From Nostoc punctiforme PCC 73102 (GTDB lineage: Bacteria; Cyanobacteriota; Cyanobacteriia; Cyanobacteriales; Nostocaceae), in assembly GCF_000020025.1 (NCBI RefSeq), contig NC_010628.1:2520001-2552000 (forward strand): a DNA stretch of 32,000 bases, given 5' to 3'. Position 1 is the first letter of the stretch; every line of letters starts with the position of its first letter. The notes beneath the pieces were generated by a model. That model saw only the letters and a list, made by a program, of their open reading frames with translations, had not been told where the DNA came from and made no database searches. Below are positions 6,874-15,600 of this stretch, piece by piece. A program made the translations under genes and the position numbers.

Positions 6874-9800
6874 CTAATCAAGGGCATCAAGTTTCAGAGT
6901 TAATAGTTCAGCAATTTGTGCTTCAGATAACTCTTCCAAACTTTCTGAAAATTCAAGAAGTAAATTCTCGTTATTTGACGCTGATTCAGTCGCAGCCGAT
7001 GGAGTTTCTGTCTCTAACACTTTTTCGGCAATATAATTAACCGCAGCTTCGATTGTTGGGTAATTAAACACAAAGGTGTCGGGAATTTGGCATCCTAAAC
7101 TTTTCTGCAAGCGCTGTTTTAATTCCACTGAAGTCAAGGAATCCATGCCTAAATCAAAGAACCCTTGCTGAGGATTAATTTGTGATGGGTCAAGAGCAAT
7201 AACTTTCGCAACTTGATTACACACATGAGTGGTTAACAATGCTCGTTGCTCGTTAATTGGTGCAGCTTTTAACTGCTGTAAGACATCAAATTCTTCCGCT
7301 TCTGGTTGCTCTAATTTTGGAGTGAAAGCCTCAAAGAACTTTTCATCAATGCCGAAGGATGATTGCTCAAAAAACTGATTCCAATTGATTGGTAGAACAC
7401 CTACCTGGTAAGCTGCTTGTCCTAGCAATTCTCCTAGTACTTGGAATCCCTTTTCGGAAGTAATACCACTAATTCCTTGCGCTACTATTTTACTTTGGCT
7501 GCGGTTTTCCAAACGGGCTGCCATTCCCACCTCTGCCCAAGGACCCCAATTGATGCTTAATCCTGGTAAACCATGAGCTTGGCGATCGCAAACCAAGGCA
7601 TCCATAAAGGCATTTGCTACTGCATAGCTTCCTTGTCCAGGAGTACCAATTAATGAGGCAATAGAAGAGTAACAAACGAAGAAATCTAAAGTCAAGTCCT
7701 GAGTTAGGCAATGCAGATTCCATGCACCTGCAACTTTTGGTTCGAGGACACGGTTAAACCGCTCCCATGAGAGTTGACGCAATGCGCCATCATCTACAAC
7801 CCCTGCGGAATGAATGACTCCTCGTAATGGGGGAAGAGATGAGCGAATAAACTCGAACACCCCAGTGGCGGCTGCTGCATCTGAGATATCTGCTGTCACC
7901 ACAAGCACCTGAGCGCCTGCATTTTCTAACTGAGTAATGGTGTCTTGGGCTGTTGCGGAAGGCTGGTTTCGTCCTACAAGAATTAAATGCTGCGCTCCTT
8001 GTTCAACCAGCCATTCAGCACTCTCAAGACCTAAAGCCCCTAATCCGCCAGTAATTAAGTAACTGCCGTCCTTTGCAACTTTGAAATCCTTGTTTTGCGA
8101 TCGCCCACGATAACGTTCTAATCTAGCAACATGGCGCACCCCTTGATGGTAGCTAATTTGATTTTCGCTGTCAGGGGAGGATAATTCACTCAATAAAATT
8201 TCCATGTCCGCTTCTGCATTGGCAGCTAAATCAACGCAGGTGCAAGATAATTCTGGATGTTCGTGGTTAATTACCCGCCCTAATCCCCAAAGTGCTGCTT
8301 GGGAAACTTGTAGAGGAACTGGATTTTTACTTACGGCTTGAGTTCCCCGTGTCACTATCCAGAACCGTGGAGCTTCTAATCCTGGTGTCTGTACAACTGC
8401 TTGCACCAAATGTAAAGCGCTGGCATAACTCACCGTTTGTGCCTCCCGGAGAGCATTCAATGATACATCTTCTGGGATGGCAGATGCTTCTAGGTAGACA
8501 ACGCCACGCAAAGGCGGTTGTTGACTGAGGCTGTCTTCAAGTAATTGCTGAAAGTCTTCTGGTTGGGTGGGATTAACTTGATAAGTTTCTTGATTTAATT
8601 GTTTATAGCTCGTGCCAACGGTAGCGATGATACAATGCTGAGAGCGATCGCGCAACTGTTGGGCTAATTGCAATCCTTGTTCGTAGTCATGGGCAAAAAG
8701 CAGCCAACTACCCGATTGTGGATGTGTAGGAAGAATTGAAAGTTGCTGGGGTTGCCAATGAACTTGGTACAGCCAGTTTCCAGTTTCCGCTTGAAAATTT
8801 CGCAGTACGGCTTGGCGATTGGCTTTTCTGCCTTCAAAACCTGTGACTTCTGCAATCAGTTGTCCAGTTTGGTCAAAAAGTTGCAAGTCGCCAATAACTC
8901 GATCTGCTTGAATGGTATCTAGTGATCGCAATTTAGCATGACACCATAACAATTCGCTTTCTGGGCGCTGATAAAACTGGAATTTCTCTAAGCTAAAGGG
9001 GATAAAAGTTTCTTCGCCCTCAATTGGCGTGATGGCAAAAAACAGTTGAAAGCAAGAATCAATCAGCGTCGGATGTAATTCATATTCGGCTGCATCCAAA
9101 ATAGTTGTCGGTACTTTCAGACAACCAAGCGCTTCTCGTTCTCCCAAATGAATCGAATTCAGCCAACGAAAACTAGTTCCTAAATCAATATTGCGTTCTC
9201 TGAGAGCTTCGTAAAGTTGAATACTTGCTAATTCCCGTGTGCAGCGCGATTCCACTTCAGAACGGGAGACTGTTGACGGTTTCCCGTAAGCAGTAGTAAC
9301 CTTCCCGGTGGCGTGGACAGCCCAATTATCGGCTTCCTCTTCTTCAAAGCTAATCAGTTTGAATGCAAAGTCTACGTTTTCTGCGGTCAGTGCTAATTGT
9401 ACAATCCGTTCTTTATCTTGGGCGATCGCCAGCGCTTGGGGAAAGACTACGTTTTCTAAGACACATCCGGAATTTTTAAACGTGCTTTTTGCTGCTGCCA
9501 ATAACAGTGACAGGTGACACGCTCCCGGTACAACCACTTCACTGTAAACTAAGTGGTCGCCTAAAAACGGTAGCAATTTGGTGCCAAAACGTGACTCAAA
9601 GAAAATATCTTTGGATAAAGGCGATCGCAACTGTTTATCTAACAGTGGGTGCAACTTGTGTAACGATGTAGCCTTGGCTCTGGATTTGACCCAGCAGCGT
9701 TGGCGTTGCCAGGGATAGGTAGGTAATATAACTTTGGCTCTGGTGTAGTCGCGGTCAAAACCTAACCAATCTACTGTCACGCCGTGGGCGTATAACTGCG

Positions 9801-12492
9801 CTAAGGTTGGCAATATACTATACCAATCAGATTGTCCCGGATGTAGACTGGGCAGCCATACCGCAGAATTTTCTGGCAGACATTGCCGCGCCATTCCCAA
9901 AAGAGTGGGTTTAGTGCTGAGTTCCAGAAATAACTCATAGCCGGACTGCTGGAGAGTTTGAACACTCTTCTCAAATTGCACAGCTTCCCGCACATGTTTC
10001 ACCCAGTATTCTGGGGTGGCAATTTCTCGCTGTGCGGCTTGTCCCGTCAGGTTGGCAATGAGCGGAATCCGGGGTTGGTGGTAGTCAATTTGACGGGCAA
10101 CTACCTCAAACTCTTTGAGCATTGGTTGCATCAAGCTTGAGTGGAAAGCGTGAGAAACATTCAAACGCTTGGTTCTCGCTCCCTGAGCTTCCAAAGTTTT
10201 GCAAACTGCTTCTAACGCCTCCACAGCACCAGAAATCGTAAAGCTGCGCGGGCCGTTGTAAGCAGCAATTACTACCTGTTGTGCGTAAGGAGATAATGCT
10301 TGTAACAATTGAGATTTATCTACCAACACCGCAGCCATCCCCCCGCCACTTGGCAAAGCCTGCATCAATTTGGCGCGGGTAGCAATCAACTTCAGCCCGT
10401 CTTCTAAACTAAACACCCCAGCCACGCAAGCCGCAATGTATTCACCAACGCTGTGTCCAAAGACAGCATTCGGTTGAATTCCCCAAGATTGCCACAATTG
10501 ATAAAGAGCGTATTCAATAGCAAAGATGGCAGGTTGAGTATAGGCGGTTTGGTCGATGAGATGGGAAGAACTACCCCAGAGCAGTTCCAGCAGGGGAATA
10601 TCTAAATAAGAACGTAAAATATCCGCGCATTTATCAAGGGCAGCTTTGAAAGTGGGTTGAGTGGCGTAGAGTTCTCTACCCACCCCTGCACACTGCGAAC
10701 CTTGTCCAGCAAACAAAAAAGCAATTTTGGGTTTAGCAGTAGGTTGTTGACCTTGCCAAATACCAGCAGCGCTGGTTTCGCCAGCCTTCCAAGCATTTAA
10801 GCGATCGCCTGCTTGCTCTCCAGAATCAGCAACAATGCTCAAGCGGTAGGCTAATTGCGATCGCCCAGTGTTAGCAGTAAAGCACGTATCAGTAAAAGAC
10901 TCTTCTGGATGAGCAGCTAGGTGAGACTCATAATTAGAAGCCAGTTGTTTCAGAGCCTCCGGAGTTTTAGCAGAAAGCGAAAGAATATGCAAAGGGCGAT
11001 CGCAAGAAGCAGAAGGGAAAGACTTACTCGAATTTCTCCCCTGCTCCCCTGCCCCTCTGCTCCCCTGCTCCCCTGCTCCCCTGCTCCCCTGCTCCCCTGC
11101 CTCTTCAACCGGCGCTTCTTCTAAAATCAAGTGAGCATTAGTCCCACTGGCTCCAAAAGCACTAACTCCCGCAATCCGCCGTCCTTTTTTCGCCTGCCAA
11201 GCAGTTTGTTTTGTAGGGACAGTAATTGCCAGTTCTTCCCAATTTATATGAGGATTTAGCTGTTTGAGGTGTAGGTGAGCAACAATTTGTTGATGTTGCA
11301 GTTGGAGGATAGTTTTAATGACCCCAGCAACACCCGCAGCTGATTCTAAATGACCAATGTTAGTTTTTACCGTACCAATTTTCAGTGGATCTTCAGGCGA
11401 TCGCTTTTTCCCCAAAACTCCTGCGATCGCTCTGACTTCAATAGGATCACCCAGAGAAGTACCTGTACCGTGAGCTTCAATATAACTAACTTCCGAAAAG
11501 TCTACTTTTGCATTCTTCAGGGCTTGGCGAATTACAGTTTGTTGTGCAGAACAGTTGGGAACAGTAAACCCGCTACTCGCTCCATCTTGATTGATTGCTG
11601 AACCCCGAATGACAGCCAAAATATTATTTTTATCTGCCTGAGCATCAGAAAGACGCTTCAAAACTATAATTCCACAACCCTCGCCGCGAGCAAAGCCATC
11701 AGCATCTGCATCAAAGGTTTTGCAGCGTCCCTCCGGAGAAAGCATCCGGGTTCGACAAAGAGCAACTGTGACTTCTGGAGAGAGAATTAAGTTAACGCCA
11801 CCTGCTAAAGCTTGGTTACACTCTCCATTTCGCAAACTTTGACAAGCTTGGTGAATCGCCACCAGAGAAGACGAGCAAGCGGTATCAATTGACATACTTG
11901 GCCCTTGAAAACCCAAGGTGTATGACAAGCGTCCGGCGGCAGCATTTAAAGTATTTCCGGTAATATAATAGCTATCAATTTGGTCGAGTGCTTGAGATTG
12001 CAACCTGGCGTAGTCGTTTGCGGTGACACCAATAAACACCCCAGTTTGAGAACCAGCTAACTTATCAGGGGCTTCGCCTGCTCTTTCCAAAGCTTCCCAG
12101 CAAACCTCTAAAAGTAAACGCTGTTGGGGATCAGTGCTAGCGGCTTCCCGTGGAGAAATTCCGAAAAACTGGGGTTCAAACTGGTCTATGTCAGATAAGA
12201 AACCTGCGGAACGAACATACATTTTTCCTGGAATATCTGGATCTGGATGATAGAGAGAGTCAATATCCCAGCGTTCTGGGGGAACTTCTCTAGTAGCATC
12301 TAACCCATCGCATAATAACTGCCACAGGGTTTCTGGATTATTAGCGCCGCCAGGGAAACGGCAACCCATGCCGATAACAGCGATCGCTTCATTTTTTGAG
12401 CGTTCCGTTGCCTCAATTTTTGCTAAGGCTTCATCGAGGGCAAAAAGTAATCGTTTCGAGGAAGAAAGTTGATTTTGATCTGCAATAGTCAT
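6874..12492 (-). CDS. Type I PKS module KS-AT-DH-KR-ACP (third extension module)
   Basis: The start is taken at ATG 12490-12492 (MTIADQNQ...). The track start at 12567 is a TTG that would translate the heptamer repeat. Approximate domains: KS 11112-12390 (TACSSS, HGTGT, NIGH); AT 9965-10725 (GHSVGE, HAFHS, so malonyl-type); DH 8800-9660 (HPLLD..GDHLVYSEVVVPGA, DSCFQ); KR 7540-8070 (GGLGALG, VDD variant of LDD suggesting B-type, catalytic Y in YAVANAF); ACP 7040-7260 (LGMDSL). There is no ER. Confidence 0.92.
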   Translation of the reverse strand: MTIADQNQLSSSKRLLFALDEALAKIEATERSKNEAIAVIGMGCRFPGGANNPETLWQLLCDGLDATREVPPERWDIDSLYHPDPDIPGKMYVRSAGFLSDIDQFEPQFFGISPREAASTDPQQRLLLEVCWEALERAGEAPDKLAGSQTGVFIGVTANDYARLQSQALDQIDSYYITGNTLNAAAGRLSYTLGFQGPSMSIDTACSSSLVAIHQACQSLRNGECNQALAGGVNLILSPEVTVALCRTRMLSPEGRCKTFDADADGFARGEGCGIIVLKRLSDAQADKNNILAVIRGSAINQDGASSGFTVPNCSAQQTVIRQALKNAKVDFSEVSYIEAHGTGTSLGDPIEVRAIAGVLGKKRSPEDPLKIGTVKTNIGHLESAAGVAGVIKTILQLQHQQIVAHLHLKQLNPHINWEELAITVPTKQTAWQAKKGRRIAGVSAFGASGTNAHLILEEAPVEEAGEQGSRGAGEQGSRGAGEQGRNSSKSFPSASCDRPLHILSLSAKTPEALKQLASNYESHLAAHPEESFTDTCFTANTGRSQLAYRLSIVADSGEQAGDRLNAWKAGETSAAGIWQGQQPTAKPKIAFLFAGQGSQCAGVGRELYATQPTFKAALDKCADILRSYLDIPLLELLWGSSSHLIDQTAYTQPAIFAIEYALYQLWQSWGIQPNAVFGHSVGEYIAACVAGVFSLEDGLKLIATRAKLMQALPSGGGMAAVLVDKSQLLQALSPYAQQVVIAAYNGPRSFTISGAVEALEAVCKTLEAQGARTKRLNVSHAFHSSLMQPMLKEFEVVARQIDYHQPRIPLIANLTGQAAQREIATPEYWVKHVREAVQFEKSVQTLQQSGYELFLELSTKPTLLGMARQCLPENSAVWLPSLHPGQSDWYSILPTLAQLYAHGVTVDWLGFDRDYTRAKVILPTYPWQRQRCWVKSRAKATSLHKLHPLLDKQLRSPLSKDIFFESRFGTKLLPFLGDHLVYSEVVVPGACHLSLLLAAAKSTFKNSGCVLENVVFPQALAIAQDKERIVQLALTAENVDFAFKLISFEEEEADNWAVHATGKVTTAYGKPSTVSRSEVESRCTRELASIQLYEALRERNIDLGTSFRWLNSIHLGEREALGCLKVPTTILDAAEYELHPTLIDSCFQLFFAITPIEGEETFIPFSLEKFQFYQRPESELLWCHAKLRSLDTIQADRVIGDLQLFDQTGQLIAEVTGFEGRKANRQAVLRNFQAETGNWLYQVHWQPQQLSILPTHPQSGSWLLFAHDYEQGLQLAQQLRDRSQHCIIATVGTSYKQLNQETYQVNPTQPEDFQQLLEDSLSQQPPLRGVVYLEASAIPEDVSLNALREAQTVSYASALHLVQAVVQTPGLEAPRFWIVTRGTQAVSKNPVPLQVSQAALWGLGRVINHEHPELSCTCVDLAANAEADMEILLSELSSPDSENQISYHQGVRHVARLERYRGRSQNKDFKVAKDGSYLITGGLGALGLESAEWLVEQGAQHLILVGRNQPSATAQDTITQLENAGAQVLVVTADISDAAAATGVFEFIRSSLPPLRGVIHSAGVVDDGALRQLSWERFNRVLEPKVAGAWNLHCLTQDLTLDFFVCYSSIASLIGTPGQGSYAVANAFMDALVCDRQAHGLPGLSINWGPWAEVGMAARLENRSQSKIVAQGISGITSEKGFQVLGELLGQAAYQVGVLPINWNQFFEQSSFGIDEKFFEAFTPKLEQPEAEEFDVLQQLKAAPINEQRALLTTHVCNQVAKVIALDPSQINPQQGFFDLGMDSLTSVELKQRLQKSLGCQIPDTFVFNYPTIEAAVNYIAEKVLETETPSAATESASNNENLLLEFSESLEELSEAQIAELLTLKLDALD
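11037..11100 (-). repeat. Octamer microsatellite (TCCCCTGC on the + strand, GCAGGGGA on the coding strand) x 8, translated in frame in the KS-AT linker
   Basis: Eight consecutive 8-nt units; the third is the variant CCCTCTGC. They encode [21 protein letters not shown], whose 8-aa period equals three octamers. Confidence 0.95.
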
Positions 12493-12498
12493 GGTTTT

Positions 12499-12530
12499 AA
12501 TTCGTAATTCGTAATTCGTAATTCGTAATT
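12499..12530. repeat. Heptamer STRR-type tandem repeat (AATTCGT) x 4.6
   Basis: Copies at 12499-12505, 12506-12512, 12513-12519 and 12520-12526, with a partial copy at 12527-12530. The repeat ends 6 nt upstream of the module-3 ATG (12492). Confidence 0.95.
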
Positions 12531-12557
12531 TAAAAAAGCCAGATTTAATCTGGATTT

Positions 12558-12679
12558 CTGATACCAATTTGAAAAAAGAGGCGTTGCCTAGATGCGGGAT
12601 GATCTTATTTACCTTTGCGTCTTTGCGTGATATTTTCTTTTATCCAGCAACGCCTTTTCAAAATCCCAAATGGTATCAG
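12558..12679. mobile_element. MITE-like inverted-repeat element (about 122 bp) overlapping the module-2 stop codon
   Basis: The left arm is CTGATACCAATTTGAAAAAAGAGGCGTTGC (12558-12587). The right arm is GCAACGCCTTTTCAAAATCCCAAATGGTATCAG (12647-12679). They are imperfect reverse complements. The core carries CCTTTGCGTCTTTGCGTG (12612-12629). The right arm includes the TGA stop (complement of 12676-12678). No transposase is present. Confidence 0.45.
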
Positions 12680-15600
12680 TTAGCGTCCTGCAAGAAACTT
12701 TCTAACCTTGCCAGCCTTTGACTAATTGAAGCTTCAATTTCATCTTCGCCAAGCTGTTCTATTTCAAAAAGTGTGTTGACTTGCTCGTGAGTGATAGGTA
12801 ATTCTAAAGTTTCTGTGACTGACGATTCCCAACCTAATACCTCTGTGCTGAGATACGCTACGAGGTCGTTGATTGTCGGGAATTCAAATGCCAGAGTTGA
12901 AGGCAAAGTACAATTCAGACTAGCTGCTAATCGGTTTCTCAGTTCCAAGGTGATGAGCGAGTCCATGCCCATATTGAAAAAGCCTTGTTGTGGATCTGGC
13001 AGATGCGCGGAACCAAGTCCCAATACTTGAGCAACTTCTGATTGCAGGTAAGCAACTAAAAGATCGTGGCGATCGCATTCTTGTGCTGTTTTGAGTTTCT
13101 CCAAAATCTCCGGTTGTTTTACAGTAGCTTCTTCAGGCTCATTCTCGGATGCAACTTCAATGTCTAAAAGTAATCGCCGTTGTTTGTTGGCTTCGTAAAC
13201 CGCTTTGAATTTACCCCAATCAACTTTAGCAACCACTGTTTGCGTAACGTTAGCTGCAAGTAAGAAACCTAAAGCATTAAATCCTGCTTCTGCGGGGAAT
13301 TCTTCAATACCAATCCGAGATAACCAGCGATCGTATTCGGCGTTAACCATGCCACCGGAACCAATTAGCGCCCAGTTGACGCTGAGAGCCGGCAATCCAA
13401 TCGAGCGGCGATAATGAGCAAAGGTATCTAAGAAGTGGTTGGCAGCGTCGTAATCTCCTTGACCTTTGGCTCCCCATACAGAACCAGCGGAGGAGAAGCA
13501 CACGAAGAAGTCTAATTTAATTTCTTGGGTGAGGCAATGCAGTACCCAAGTACCGACTGTCTTGGGATACAATACCGCTTCTAGAGTTTTGCTGTCTAAG
13601 TTCTGTAAAGCTTGATATCCTGGTGTCACCCCAGCAGCATGAATAATTCCTCGCAGAGGTGAATGAATAGTGTGAACCTGTTTCAATGCCAAGGACATTT
13701 GCACTAAATCGCAGACATCAACTACAAGGATTGTGACTTTAGCACCCTTTGCCTCTAGTGCTTGAATCGCTTTAACTTTTCGCCCTTCTTCAGTATTTTC
13801 GCTTAGGCTTGCCCACTGTTGGCGCGGGGGTAATCCTCTACGTCCGGCTAAAATTATCTCTTTTGCTCCCTGCTCAACCATCCACTGAGCAAGTTTCAGC
13901 CCTAAGAAACCCAAACCACCAGTAATTAAATAACTTCCATCGGCTTGGAATTTCAAGTTTTGCAAGTTTTCTGGATGCTGACTGCGAACCAAACGAGCAA
14001 CGTAACGCTGTTGTTGGCGGAAAACAATATGGTCTTCGCCATCAGATTCTAAAATTTCTGCTTGTAATATGCTTGCAGCTTTCTCGCTAGCTAAACCAGG
14101 TTCTAAATCAATCATTCCGCCCCAAGCTTCCGGATGTTCTAGTGAAATCACTTTACCCATACCCCAGAGTGGAGATTGAGCGATGCCGGGGAGTGGAAGC
14201 ACTTGATTAGCGATCGCCTGCGTCCCTTCAGTAACTAACCACAGGCGCGGAAGTTGAGAAGCTTCCGCCTGGAGTATTGCTTGGATTAGATGAAGAATAC
14301 TGCCACAGCCGTTGTGAGTAGCGGTTTTGATGCCTTCCACAGTCAGTACATCGGCATTCGGCGCATCCAAGCCCCAAAGATGCACAACTTTATTAATGGC
14401 AGATTGAGATGTTAGTAACCTTGAGAAATCTTCGAGGCGATCGGGTGCAACAACAAAACTTTGCTCTCCTAGATCCCGGTATTTTTCCCCTTGGAAAACT
14501 AATACACACTCTTGTCCTTGAGAGCGTAACTGATTGGCTAGCTGTTGACCGATACCTTGTTGGTCAGCTAAAATCAGCCAATTTTGGGAAGAATAAGCAG
14601 GAATTTTGGCTACTTGGGCAACCATAACTGCTTGTTCTGGCAGAACGCCGCTATTTTGCGTAATCGAAGGTAACGCTGTAGTTGTGGAAAAACCAACTTC
14701 TTTGAGTAACTTTTGCCATTGCACAGTTGTCAGCAAGGCGTAATCTGGGCGGAGGTCTACATCTTCAAAGCGCCACCAACCATCCAGCAATCCAAAAATC
14801 AGATCCAGCCAGCGTTGACGAGCAGTCACTTCCATTAATACGAGTATTCCACCAGGCGCAAGCAGTTGCCGTGCGTGTTGCATGGTAACACGTAAGTCTT
14901 TAGTGGCATGTAACACGTTAGACGCTACGATAATATCGTATTGTTCGGCTGGAAATCCTTGGGAAATGGGGTCTTTTTCAATATCTAGGGTTTGGTAGCG
15001 CAAGCAAGGATAATCTGGAAACTTTTGCTGTGCTTGACCCAGAAATACCGGAGAAACATCGGTAAATACATATTCAGTCTGTTCTTGTGATAACAGAGGT
15101 AATAAGTGTGCCGTTGTCCCGCCAGTTCCGGCACCGATTTCTAACACTCGCAGTCCGCGCCCAACGGGTAACTGTTGCAAAGCGGAACTGACCGCTTGGC
15201 GCACTAAAATATTCATCACCCGCGCACCTGGAGATTCTTGATAGAACTGAGTGGCGATCGTTGCATCTCCGTCGGGGAAAATCAGTTGTAGTGGGTCGCA
15301 TTTTCCTTGTAAAATCTCAGCTAGATTTGGCCCGCAGTTACCCAATAGAGTTAACTCTGCTTGGGCTGCGGGATATTGATGATGAAGATGTTCAATTTGT
15401 GCTTGTGGGTCGCCCTTTTGTGGCACTTGGGTGACTTCCCATTGAGTGCCTAAACGTTGTACAATTCCTACTTCTGCCAGCATTTCTACTAAACGCTGCC
15501 AAAGTCGGCGGTGTTGGGAAATAACACCTAACTGTTGAGCCAGAGATTCCGTAGAGAAACGCGAACCTATTTGGAAATTCCAGCCCAAATCCTGAAACGC

